This document shows positions 23,757 to 35,480 of a DNA stretch of 43,481 nt, piece after piece. A program made the position numbers and the translations under genes. This stretch comes from Octopus sinensis (taxonomy: Eukaryota), in assembly GCF_006345805.1 (NCBI RefSeq), contig NW_021834983.1, positions 1 to 43,481 on the forward strand, written 5' to 3'. The notes beneath the pieces are model-generated. The model was not told the DNA's origin. It ran no database searches and saw only the letters and a list, made by a program, of their open reading frames with translations. Each line of letters opens with the position of its first letter. The first letter of the stretch is position 1.

Positions 23757-24081
23757 ATGGAGGCACAAAGGCCCAGTGGTTAGGGCAGCGGACTCGCGGT
23801 CGGAGGATCGCGGTTTCGATTCCCAGACCAGGCATGTGTGTTTATTGAATGAAAACACCTAAAAAGCTCCATGAGGTTCCGGCAGGGAGCAGTGGCGACT
23901 CCTGTTGTTCTCTTTCGCCCCAACTTTCTCTCACTCTTTCTTCCTGTTTCTTGAGTAACGCTGCGATGGACTGGGGTCCCGTCCAGCTGGGGGAACACAT
24001 ACGCCATAGAAACCGGGAAACCGGGCCCATGAGCTTGGCCAGGTTTGAAAAGGCAGCATAAATAAAATTAAAAAATAATAA
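23757..24081 (+). mobile_element. V-domain-like tRNA SINE (family 4) with 12-bp TSD
   Basis: TSD ACCACCAATTTT at 23745-56 and 24082-93; tRNA head; GCGATGGACTGGGGTCCCGTCCAG V-like domain. Confidence 0.75.
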
Positions 24082-24265
24082 ACCACCAATTTTGTTTAAA
24101 TAGTTCACGTCGAGGTCGACTCTATCTTTCGTCGATTCGATGTCGACAAAGTACCAGTGACGTACTACGGACGGGGTCATCGACTTGCCCCTCCTCTTAA
24201 AATTACGGGTCTTGCACCAAAATTTATAAACGAAATGTCACTGCAGTATAAGCTGAGATAAGCTG

Positions 24266-24338
24266 ACGGGTATATGGCGTAGTGGTTAAGAGCGCGGACT
24301 ACTTACCCCAAGATTCCGAGTTCGATTCCTGGCAATGA

Positions 24339-24388
<50 letters not shown>

Positions 24389-24509
24389 GTACTAGAATAA
24401 GTACTAGGCTTACAAAGAATAAGTCCTGGGGTCGATTAGCTCGACTAAAGGCGGTACTCCAACATGGCCACAGTCAAATGACTGAAACAAGTAAAAGAGT
24501 AGAGTAAAG

Positions 24510-24540
<31 letters not shown>

Positions 24541-24680
24541 CAACAACATCGAAAAATACCTTAGGAATAAGAACCCAAGACACCTGATGAAGGCTGGAGG
24601 TTATATCAGCCGAAACGTTGTGTTAACAACAAACAAGATGAGGACAAATACCCGTCAATGTAAATAATGTTAATAATGTA
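24266..24680 (+). mobile_element. tRNA-head/(AAT)n/hammerhead element, copy 2 (SINE2 tail inserted at about 24389-24508)
   Basis: A box 24275-24285, B box 24318-24329, (AAT)n, tail from 24548. Confidence 0.8.
24579..24624 (+). ncRNA. Minimal type-I hammerhead ribozyme motif (intact core)
   Basis: Stem I GACAC/GUGUU; CUGAUGA 24584-90; extra A; stem II GGCUG/CAGCC; GAAA 24612-15; palindromic ACGU stem III; predicted cleavage after 24619. Confidence 0.7.
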
Positions 24681-24812
24681 TAAAATGAAAGGTTGTGATG
24701 GTCACGGCTAGAATGCCTGTGACTACAGGTCTATTTAAACAAGGTTGACTTGAGGTTAAATAAACTTTTTATTTTGTTTCAAAATTTCGCCTGTAATGTA
24801 AGCTGAGATAAA

Positions 24813-25220
24813 CTCTTTACTCCTTACTCTTTTACTTGTTTCAGTCATTTGACTGCGGCCATGCTGGAGCACCGCCTTTAATCGAGCAACTCGACCCCGG
24901 GACTTATTCTTTTGTAAGCCCAGTACTTATTGTATCGGTCTCTTTTGCCGAACCGCTAAGTAACGTGGACATGAACACACCAGCATCGGTTGACAAGCAA
25001 TGCTAGGGGGACAAAACAGACACACCCAAACACACACGCATATATATACATATATACGACGGGCTTCTTTCAGTTTCCGTCTACCAAATCCACTCACAAG
25101 GCTTTGGTCGGCCCGAGGCTATAGTAGAAGACACTTGCCCAAGGTGCCACGCAGTGGGACTGAACCCGGAACCATGTGGTTGGTAAACAAGCTACTTACC
25201 ACACAGCCACTCCTGCGCCT
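24813..25220 (-). mobile_element. SINE family 2, full length
   Basis: Head GGCGCAGGAGTGGCTGTGTGG; tail GGCGGTGCTCCAGCATGGCCGCAGTCAAATGACTGAAACAAGTAAAAGAG. Confidence 0.9.
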
Positions 25221-25977
25221 ATACTACTCAAAATAACGGGATGGTCATGGCTAGGATGTCCTTAATTATAGGTCTGTTTGATCAAGCCTGACCTGGGGTT
25301 AAATATACACAAACGCTGCCCATTTTTGTTTCAACATTCCGCTGTTTCATGTCAGAGACAGTAAACAACAGAGTTTGCTAAAATGGCTGACCTCGGCTGA
25401 TATCTGATATGGTAGATCAAGTGAAATAGTCATTATTTATTCATAGCTTTTAATTGTGTTTGACATGAGTTTTAGTATGTCACAAGTGAACTCCATTGCG
25501 CATGTGCACACATTCCACTTTCTCCGAGATGATTCAGCATATATAATAATCGTATTTTCCGTAAACAACTCTCCCGAGAGCCGAGTTAGAAGCATGTGAT
25601 GTGTTTAGTTTGATGTACTTCGTCATAGAGTTGTTGTTTCCTGTGGCTTTTCTGACTTGCAACCAGACATCGTTTCAATAATACATTAAGCATTGCTATA
25701 GGCGCGGACATGGTTAAGATACTCTCGTATTACAACCATGAGGTTTCGGGTTCAATCACAGAGCGTGGCTCTTTAAGCCTTTTCTACAATAATTCCAGAT
25801 TTGTGAGTCTTGTGAGTGGATTTGGTACACAGAAAGCCTATTTATATATATATATATACACACACACGCAGATATATATATATACTACATATATATATAT
25901 ATATATTATATATATATAGATATATATATATATAATATATATATATTATATATATATATATATAGATATATATATAA

Positions 25978-26038
<61 letters not shown>

Positions 26039-26139
26039 GAGTTAGATAGAAAGATAGATAGATAGATATTACGTGTTTGTATGTGCGTGTGTGAGTATGT
26101 GTATGTATCTATGTATGTATGTATCTATGTATATATATA

Positions 26140-26304
26140 TCGTGGGTGTGCGGAAAGAAGCTTGCTTGGCAGCTGTATGGTTCCGGGTTCAGTCTCACTG
26201 CGTGGGACCTTGGGCAAGTGTTTTCTACTAATGCCTCGGATTGACCAAAGTCTGTAAGTGGATTTGGCAGACGGAAACTGAAAGAAGCCGACGTGTATAT
26301 ATGT
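26140..26304 (+). mobile_element. SINE family 2 head (left half of an interrupted copy)
   Basis: GGTTCCGGGTTCAGTCTCACTGCGTGGGACCTTGGGCAAG...GAAAGAAGCCGACGTGTATAT. Confidence 0.75.
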
Positions 26305-28146
26305 ATACACAGAGGGGATAAATACAAATGTAGAGCTTTTCTTTTCGAAAATGAAGAAGAAAAAGGGAAAAAATGAGAAAAAAAAGGTAAAATTCCGATC
26401 AGAAGGGATCGGGGAAATAAAAGAAAAAGAAAATAAAAGACGATCAAAAGGGATCGTGTATCACAGAAGAATTTTGAAAATGTAAAAAGCAAGATTAGGT
26501 TTATCCGTGGAAAGAAAAGCCTACGGAAAAGACTACGGTAGCCTCAGGCAGGGAGGAAATAAACACATGAGAGCAAAGTGCTCTCTCTCTTTTACGATTT
26601 ACAGGATCATGCTCAAAGTGGTTTCGTCACTCGCACGCACCATCTTTGCTACATTCACCTACCTTCTTTTGAAACTTTCAGGAGACAAAACCTGCCTCTC
26701 TATTCTTACCTTCCTTTTCAAGTGGTACTTAAAAAAGTTGATGAGCAATTGGCCAGAGAGGTAAGTGTTTGTCTCTAATCCTTTCGCTCAAGTCCACCAC
26801 ACACATTCTTTCATTGTGGCCACCAGTACGATGAAGACTGCCTTGCCTTCCCGGTTAAGGGAAGGGGGCGGAGCAATTCTCAGGATAGACTCGGCCGATA
26901 GGCGGATTCGTCCCACACGTGACAGCAGCCGTTCGGCATAAGTCCACAGGTCGGAAATGGTTGGACACTGCACGAGCGTGTGCAAAATGGTTTCGTCGCT
27001 CTGACCGCACCTCGGGCAAGTCGGTCCGGTGTGTCTCGAACCGTGTCTGTAGAGCTTATCCCGAACAGGTAAAGCTTCTCGATAGCACTGCCAGGCCAGG
27101 GATCTTTGATGATTGTCTATAGGTCCCAGCCCGAAAGTTGTCCTGAACAGGCGGGTCAGGTGTTTCTCGTCGACGCCCAGACTCTGCCCGAGTTCGTCGT
27201 CGCACCTCCCCTCCACTAATCCTCTATAGAATGCCTTTGTTGTGATGGAGTCGCACAAGTTTGGTCCCGGACGGCAGAGTTGCTTGAGAGCAACGCGACA
27301 CTCGCGGTGCCGTTCGCCTAGCCTCGGTCTCTGTTTGATCCATGACTGCAGTTCGGCCAAGGAGACGAGCTGCGAGAAAGCGCGCCGCACAAATGGCAAC
27401 CACACTTGTTCACCGTCGTCTATGAAGCGCCGGAGATGTCGCAGTCTCAACGCATGTCTGCGCATCATCAACCATGGCATGCCTAGCCCTCTATTTAGCA
27501 GATATTGACAGCAAATGGATCGCCTAACTATCGGAACGCTTCCCTTCCACAGGAAGCGGGAGAGTATGCGTTCCAGTTTGGTGATGGTAGGGTCAGGACA
27601 AGGCACGACGGTCAGACGGTACTCGATGACGGATGCGATGTATGCGTTCGCCACCTCCGCCCGACCTTATAGGGATAGCTTCCTCTCGGCCCATTGCTGG
27701 GTGAGAGTGGCAACCCTAGTCGTTGTTTCGCCCCAGTTCTTCTCCATTTGGAGGTGCGGACCTAATCAAACTCCGAGAAATTTAACCGGTCCGTCGGTCC
27801 AGCGTCCCACGATGGAGACGCTGTTGGACGGCATGGGCTTGCTTCTCCAGGTGCCGAGCTGCAAGCCCACTGACTTTACCCGGTTAATTTTTGCTCCCGT
27901 TACCGCTTCGTATTCTTTTAGTTTCTTGCCGACCAGGTCGATGTGCTCGTAGCTCGACACTATGACGGTGACGTCGTCCGCGTATGCAGACACGCTCCTC
28001 GCGTATCCCAGCTCTCGCGGGATACCTGTCGGCGTCGCCAGCTTCCGCAGTAGTGGCTCAAGAGCCAATACATACAGAAGCGACGAGAGGGAGCATCCTT
28101 GACGAACCGAACGCATGATGTGAAATGGTCTGGATAGATGACCATT

Positions 28147-28148
<2 letters not shown>
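26305..28148 (-). mobile_element. 5'-truncated L1/Tx1-clade LINE
   Basis: RT motifs RQGCSLS, YADDVTV, KINRVKS, KFLGV; zinc knuckle CPRCGQSDETILHTLVQC; T-rich 3' UTR. The 3' boundary is approximate. Confidence 0.85.
26599..28148 (-). pseudogene. LINE ORF2 remnant (RT C-terminal half plus zf-RVT-like knuckle), single frame with four internal stops
   Basis: ORFs 27766-28287 and 26788-27654 share a frame that continues to TAA at 26599; stops near 27766, 27668, 26788 and 26660. Confidence 0.85.
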
Positions 28149-28239
<91 letters not shown>

Positions 28240-28240
28240 T
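28149..28240. repeat. (GATA)n(GACA)n at the LINE 5' junction
   Basis: Direct reading. Confidence 0.95.
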
Positions 28241-28259
28241 GCTGTGTGTGTGTGTGTGT

Positions 28260-28455
28260 CTGCAGTTGTTTGTAGTTTGTCACTCAACTGCTTGACAACG
28301 AGTGTTAGCCTATTTACGTCACCTTAAGGTGGCGGTTCGCCAAAAGATGGCGATAAAATTTAGAATACGTTCTGGTAAGTACGAGACAAAAACCCATTAA
28401 GTGGTGCTGCAGCATAACCGCAGTACAAGTGACTGAAACAAGTAAAAGATAAAAA
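28260..28455 (+). mobile_element. SINE family 2 body/tail (right half of the interrupted copy, diverged)
   Basis: GCTTGACAAC..TTTACGTC..GCGGTTCGCCAAAAGA..GTGACTGAAACAAGTAAAAGATAAAA. Confidence 0.65.
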
Positions 28456-28479
28456 TTATGATATATGATATATATTATA

Positions 28480-28481
28480 TA

Positions 28482-28521
<40 letters not shown>

Positions 28522-28576
28522 GTGTGTGTGTATATACATGCACACACGTCGTGCGTGTGTATGTATGCACACACAT

Positions 28577-28608
<32 letters not shown>

Positions 28609-28967
28609 GTATATATATATAATATATATATGTGTGTGTGGTGTGTGTATATATATATATATATATAATATACATACATATATATATATATATATACACA
28701 ATAAACCATATATAGATAGATAGATTAGATAGATAGATAGATAGATAGATAGATACATACATACATACATACATACATACATACATACATACAACATACA
28801 TACAGATAGAGAGATAGCTAGATAGATTCATATAGATAGATAGATAAGTAAATAGATTGATAGATTTATATAGATAGATAGATAAGTAGATAGATAGATA
28901 GATTTCTATAGATAGATAGATAGATAGATTTATATAGATAGATAAATAGATAGATAGATAGATTTAT

Positions 28968-29042
<75 letters not shown>

Positions 29043-29165
29043 TACTATAGATACATACAACTATCTTTCTGTCTCACTGTGTGTGTATCTATATCTGTAT
29101 TTACCTATTTACGCACAAACAGGCACACACACACACACAACACACACACCACACACACACACACA

Positions 29166-29208
<43 letters not shown>

Positions 29209-29215
29209 ACACACG
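28480..29215. repeat. Mixed TA/CA/GATA/CATA microsatellites
   Basis: Direct reading. Confidence 0.95.
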
Positions 29216-29789
29216 AAAATATCGGCCATTTTGTTTTAAGTATATATAAGTATATCCGTTTCCGGTCGCAGTGAATCCATGATGTCATCTTGAAGCATGG
29301 GTTACAAACTGGAGTGAATTGTTACCGTTTTCGCCCAGCAGGTCCGATGTTTAGAGTTGTAAGAGATGTTAGATAAAAGAGTTGTGATATTCATGCCTTC
29401 GTTATTAGAAGCCTCATTTAGGCTTAAAAGCCTCATTTTCGCTTAAAAGAAGGCCTTATTTTTATAGGAAAGACTAACAGAGAAGTAGTGACGTTCCGTC
29501 TTTTCTCAGATACGTATGTAGCATATACGATGCGTAATGGCTGAAACTGGCACTTGAAACCACAGAGATAAATATTACCATTTGATATTAATACTGCTTT
29601 GGTCGTTAATGATTATTTTTAATAAGCTCACTGGCTATTCGTGGCAACAGTGCCCGGCTAGACACAGAGACTCTATGTATATTGCTGGCGAGGATATCGC
29701 TGCTGTCTCCCAGTGTCTGGGTGTCTGCCATTGACAAGGCCAGGGAAGGTCGGAATCACGTTTCTCTCATGGTAACTAAGGCAGTATTC

Positions 29790-30329
29790 GGATCTTTTCC
29801 TTTTGATCGGCAGTTTTCAACACAATTTCTCTGTTATGTTTACGTTCGGAAAGCGTGTATATAAAATTATAGAATTATTTCGTTTGTTAATTGTTTAAAT
29901 TATTTTCCATTGCTTTCGTTTTTTTTTTTCTTAAGCAATGGAAAATAGTTTAAACAAGACATGTGTATCTCAAAACAAAAACAAAACGAATAATTTTAGA
30001 CACACGCGTAACAATTAAGAAAAAAAAAACGAAAGGCTAAAATTTAGGGTTAGGGTTAGGGTTAGTGTAGGGTTAGGGTTAGGGTTAGGGTCAGTGACAG
30101 GATGTTGTCTCAGTTTTAGACGCAGCAAATGATTTTAGCTAAATAGAGGCCATCAATTGGTTAAAATTCGAAAAATTAAACTACGTTAAACTTACAAATT
30201 ACAATTTTCTCAAGAAAGCCAAGAGAAAAAAATGTTTTATTTTGACACATTCTACCAGTATACGAAGTTTAAAAGTGTTTAGTTAACTAGAAAGTGTGTT
30301 GAAAACTGCCGTTCAAAAGGAAAAGATCC
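29790..30329. mobile_element. GGATC-terminal MITE with TTAGGG array, 8-bp TSD CAGTATTC
   Basis: 28-bp TIRs with 1 mismatch; TSD 29782-89 and 30330-37; TTAGGG array 30044-30090. Confidence 0.9.
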
Positions 30330-30864
30330 CAGTATTCAGTGTTGTTGCGCAACAACCACTTTTAAGTGGGGATAAGCATTACTGTTTATTATTTTTTAGG
30401 GTTAAGCTTTGGATTAGGGTTAATGTTTAGGTAAGGGTTAGAATTAGCCTTTATGTATGAGTTATGGTTAGGTTTAATATTACAAGTATATTCGCCAAAA
30501 AATGTCTTGAAGGTGGTGCCCCAGCATGGCCGCAGTCTGAAAACTGAAACAAGTAAAAGATAAAAGATATGGTCACACACATAGACACAACAACCAATGC
30601 CTGTAAACTCAATAATAAACGCACCAAAAATAGCAACAACAACGACGACAACAACAACAACAACAGCAAGAACTGGCCAGCAAGAACTCCTCAAAGAGAA
30701 GCTGTAATGGTTTATCTTCTTCATCAAAATAATTAAAGACCAATCTCAGGAATTTGGTATTTTCCTGTCGTAAAGTAAATCAGTTGAAACAGCTTTAATC
30801 TATGATTACTCAGAACGCAACAGGAAGTGAGCAAGTGAGCTATAAGAGTGGGTAACGCACGCGC

Positions 30865-31000
30865 ACAAACATACACACGCACGCACTCGCGCGCATGCAC
30901 ACACATATACATACTCACACAAACGCACACACAAACACAAACATACATACGCACACATACGTATGCGCATACACACATATTTATACACGTACATACATAA

Positions 31001-31065
<65 letters not shown>

Positions 31066-31121
31066 CACATATATATATACACACATATATATACACACAC
31101 ACACGTACATATATATGTATG

Positions 31122-31201
<80 letters not shown>

Positions 31202-31250
31202 CAGAAAGAGAAAGGGAGAGAGAGAGATGCATATTTATACATATATATGC
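30865..31250. repeat. CA/TA/GA microsatellites
   Basis: Direct reading. Confidence 0.95.
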
Positions 31251-31254
31251 CGTC

Positions 31255-31437
31255 TAAGAATTTTGACCTGGAGATCTCCATTTTCAGCGACTTTAAGGGC
31301 CACCTCCCTGTGGTGTCGGGTGTCAACGAAGAGCCCTCGACTACAACAAGACGACCAAGGTTTTTTTTTCCAAGTTCTGGGGTCTCCCGCCCCTAATCCC
31401 TAGATCATCACCTAATCAACCTTACCCGTCTTGTTGC
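31255..31437 (+). mobile_element. Possible LINE 3'-end fragment
   Basis: [11 protein letters not shown] resembles the S...FK.RL motif at L2/CR1-group C-termini; ends in (CAA)n. Confidence 0.3.
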
Positions 31438-31477
31438 CTAACAACAACACATATATATATTATATATGTATATATAT

Positions 31478-31795
31478 ATAATTAATCCTCAGATCATCGG
31501 TGAGGTACGTCATAAAATATAATTTGTCGAAAATTAATATCCAATTTTTTCACCCTCATTTTTGACTTTAATTATAAATTAATATGTTCTCAAACCGGCG
31601 TAAACTACTGCTGTGAATTACTTATGCAGTATTTATTTCCGGAAATTTGGCGCGCTAGAACAAGGGCATTTGAATATAACTGTGAATATAATAGGCCGAA
31701 CTGCTCGTGATTTTGACCTCATGTTAATATATAGCGTGTAGTTCGACAAATTATATTTTATGACGTACCTCACCGATGATCTGAGGATTAATTAT
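31478..31795. mobile_element. MITE-like element with a perfect 54-bp inverted repeat
   Basis: 31478-31531 is the exact reverse complement of 31742-31795. Confidence 0.8.
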
Positions 31796-32112
31796 GTAAG
31801 TAACATTGCGTAATTTATTAACAGTGAAACAATTGTATGGAGTTAATCTATATTTTTGTTATTTTTCATTTGTCCTGCTCGCTTACGTTTATAGTGTGCA
31901 AAATTTTTCTTGAGAACAATTCTTAGTGGTTGGGACCCTTGCGGATCTATCTCTAGCGTAAGAGCGTCCACATAGTGGATTCTGTCTCATATTTGTGTAT
32001 TAATAATATTTACTGAATCTCAGTCTTTTATGCGCTGGACCACTGGTGTTTAAATTGATGTTATTAAATTAATATCCATTTTTTCACCCTTATTTTTTAC
32101 TTTAATTATATA

Positions 32113-32882
32113 TTTTTTTATCTAGTTTCAGCTCACAAGCTGTGGCCATGCTGGGGCACCGCCATTTGGTGTTGCTACATGATATTACTTCACGAATGCT
32201 TTTTAGCAATTGCCATTTGGTGCATGAGAGAGTTCGATGCAGCTGTCCTCATCTGCACCTCCTGTCGTGAAGTTGGTTCATCTGGGACACCTGACAAGAA
32301 GAGATCCAGTTTTATTTTAAAGACATCTGCATCCACCCCATGCAGGTCTCTTAGGTTCTTCGGGAGCATATTGAAGAGCTGTGGGCCTCGGAAGCCCAGG
32401 CTATCACAGTATCTTGTCCTACATCTTGATGGCAAATTTGAAGTCCTTGGCACTATGCAGTGGCGCCCAGTTCTGGTATTTGTGTAACTCTCGATGTCAA
32501 AGTTTGGGACAAGTCCTTCTAGGATCTTCCAGATGTATATTATGGCATATCTTTCTCGCCTACGCTCTAAGGAATAGAGTCTCAATCTCTTGAGTCTTTC
32601 CCAGTAGCTTATATGCTGCACAGAGGCTATCTTCTTCGTGTAGCTTCGTTGGATCGCCTCAAGTTCTGTGATTAACTTGACACTGGATGGTGACCATAGC
32701 TGAGAGCAATAGTCAAAGTGGCTTAGGACAAGTGTCCTCCAGAGGACCATCATGGTTTCCTGGTCTCTTGTTCTAAAGGTTCTAAGAATCCATCCGGTCA
32801 GCCGCCTACATTTCATTGCCAATTTAGCAACATGCACATGAAAGGTTGCATCATCACTCATGTAAATACCCAGGTCGCTTAT
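32113..32882 (-). mobile_element. 5'-truncated CR1-group LINE with intact 3' end
   Basis: DLGIY motif at the truncation point, ORF C-terminus, 3' UTR ending GGCGGTGCCCCAGCATGGCCACAGCTTGTGAGCTGAAACTAGATAAAAAAA. Confidence 0.85.
32190..32861 (-). pseudogene. Uninterrupted C-terminal 223 aa of a CR1-group ORF2
   Basis: LDYCS..WSP-like (FDYCSQLWSP), LEAIQRSYTK, YWERLKRLRLYSLERRRER, FNMLP, FKIKLD motifs. Confidence 0.85.
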
Positions 32883-33129
32883 ACTACAAATGCTTACACC
32901 CTCCTAAAATTCATGTTTGCAGAACAGATTCTACACTCGAATAAACCCCGTTATTTTTGACGGGTACTGCTGTGGTTGTTTCATTATTTACGACTTCGAT
33001 TCCGTGCTTCGTGCTTAACTATTTCGAAATAACATTCGGACATTCTTGTTGATAACGAAGAGAGAATCATCAGTTAAAAAAATAGACGTTATTGATTTCT
33101 TGTTATCTCTTGTTGTAGCTAGCAATGCC

Positions 33130-33387
33130 GGATCTATGGATGGTAGTAGTAGTGGTAGCGGTGGTGGTGGTAGTTGTGGTGGTAGTAGTGGTGGTGGTGG
33201 TGGTTGTGGTGGTGGGGAGGGGGCGGCTGCAGCAGCTTGTGGTTCTTGTGGATGTGATTCTCGTGATAATGGCAGTTGACTAAGGCACATCCTTGTTTTA
33301 TTCTTAAAATAGAATGACTAAACGCTTTAGTTAGTGTACAATCTGCCACCGCTACTACTACTACTACTACTACTACTGCTGCTGCTG

Positions 33388-33426
<39 letters not shown>

Positions 33427-33470
33427 TTACTACTACTACTACTAATATTGCTGCTGCTGCTGCTGCTGCA

Positions 33471-33503
<33 letters not shown>

Positions 33504-33617
33504 GTTACTACTACTACTACTACTTCAAATAACAACAGTAATAATCATAATAGCAACAACAACAACAACACCAACAATAATAACAATAATTATTATTATT
33601 TTTATTATTATTGTTAC

Positions 33618-33650
<33 letters not shown>

Positions 33651-33665
33651 CATTATTATTATTAT
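33130..33665. repeat. Trinucleotide cluster (GGT/AGT, CTA/CTG, CAA, ATT)
   Basis: Direct reading. Confidence 0.95.
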
Positions 33666-33709
33666 TTCAAATTTTTGTCACAAGGGCAGCTTGGGGGGGG
33701 GGAGGTAGG

Positions 33710-33853
33710 GATGAGTCGATTACATCAACCCCCAGTGTTCAACAGGTACTTATTTTATCGTCGCCGAAAGGATGAAAGGTAGAATCGACCTCGGCGGAAT
33801 TTGAACTCAGGACGTAAAGAAATGCCGCGAAGCATTTCGCCCGGTGTGCTAAC
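33710..33853 (-). mobile_element. SINE family 1
   Basis: GAAAGGATGAAAGG..GACCTCGGCGGAATTTGAACTC..GCCCGGTGTGCTAACG. Confidence 0.75.
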
Positions 33854-33898
<45 letters not shown>

Positions 33899-34017
33899 AT
33901 GTATATATAATGAAACTTCAATGCGTTAACATGCACCTCCTTACGACAATGTAAACCTTCATTTAACCAAAATATCCTTGGCCTGAAGAGTTGCCTGCGG
34001 TATACACTTCGCTTGTA

Positions 34018-34700
34018 AAGGCACATAGCCAAGTGGTTAGAGCAGCGGATTCGCGGTCGAGGGATCGCGAGTTCGAATCTCAAACCGGGTGATGTGTGTG
34101 TGTTTATGAGCAAAACACCTAAGTTCCACGCCGCGGATCTTTTCGGTTTGAACGGCAGTTTTTTCTAGCGGTGTCATATGAAATTGTCACCCATAATTAT
34201 GACCCTAGAATCGATCTATTGCATTTCAATCTCTTTTAGGGTTAGGGGTGGGGGGAAGGGTATCTTTTTTTCTTCAGAAATGTAAATAAACCCAATCTGT
34301 TTCTTAAACGAGGGACATATTCATACGGCACAGAATGTTTTTTAACTCAATAGACGTATTTAATTGGTTGATATTGCAAAAATTGAAGAAAAAAAAACAA
34401 CAAATATCTTACAAACAATAGAATTTTCTCAAGAAAGCCAAGAGAAAAAGATGTTTTATGAACACATTCTACCAGTATACGAAGTTTAAAAGTGTTTAGT
34501 TACCTAGAAATTATGTTAAAAACTGCCGGTCAAACCGAAAAGATCCCACGCCGCTCCGGCAGAAGATAATGGCGAACTTCTGCTAACTCTTTCATCACAA
34601 CTTTCTCTCACTCTTTCCTCCTGCATCTTCCAGCTCACCTGCAACGGACCGGCGTCCCGTCCAAGTGGAGAACCCATACGCCAAGGAAACCGAGAAACCT
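34018..34700 (+). mobile_element. V-domain-like SINE (family 4) interrupted by a MITE
   Basis: Head GGCACATAGCCAAGTGGTTAG..GAGTTCGAATC; resumes after 34546; GGACCGGCGTCCCGTCCA..GGAAACCG tail. Confidence 0.75.
34135..34546. mobile_element. GGATC-terminal MITE, 8-bp TSD CACGCCGC
   Basis: TIR GGATCTTTTCGGTTTGAACGGCAGTTTT; TSD 34127-34 and 34547-54; short TTAGGG tract at about 34235-34260. Confidence 0.9.
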
Positions 34701-34974
34701 CCACTCCTTAACTCTTGTATTCTTATTCACACGTCTGGTCGCCTACCGTGAAATATAAAAAGAACTCTTTTTTCAGTTTATCGTATTTCGATACGAAAAA
34801 ATCCACAACCCTCCATCTCCAAGGATCACTATTGCCCCTGAAAGTTTTTTTTTTTTTATATTTACTACGAATTACTTGAAGCTAACTTTCTTCCTACACC
34901 TTGATCCTAGGTTCTTACATTTTCATATGTGTGGTGTGTGTGTGCATGTATCTGTGTGTGTCTGTGTGTTTGAT

Positions 34975-35030
34975 GTATATATGTATATATTGTATATATA
35001 TAGATATATATTATATATATATATATATAT

Positions 35031-35117
<87 letters not shown>

Positions 35118-35432
35118 CATATATAAATACATACATACACAATATGTATATGTTTAAATGTATGTAATATATATACATATACATATAATATATATATATA
35201 TGTATATATATATATGGTGTGTTTGTGTGTATGTATATATATATATATTTTTTTTCTAGTTTCAGCTCAGAGCTGCGGCCATGCTGATGTATATACTCTG
35301 TGTGTGTGTGTGTCTGCATGCATGTATGTATGTGTATATATATATATGTATATATATGTATATACTCTGTGTGTGTATGTATATATATATTTATGTATGT
35401 TTGCGTATGTACTCTGTATGTGTGAGTGTGTG

Positions 35433-35477
<45 letters not shown>

Positions 35478-35480
35478 ATG
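34975..35480. repeat. TA/TG microsatellites
   Basis: Direct reading. Confidence 0.95.

Noticed and set aside
25375-25515. Promoter (YY1-like AAAATGGC, NRF1-like TGCGCATGTGCA)
   Set aside because: Short motifs expected by chance; no associated gene or TSS evidence.
30044-30480. True telomere or chromosome-fusion scar
   Set aside because: TTAGGG tracts are short and the clean one lies inside a MITE with TIRs and TSD; 30400-30480 is highly degenerate.
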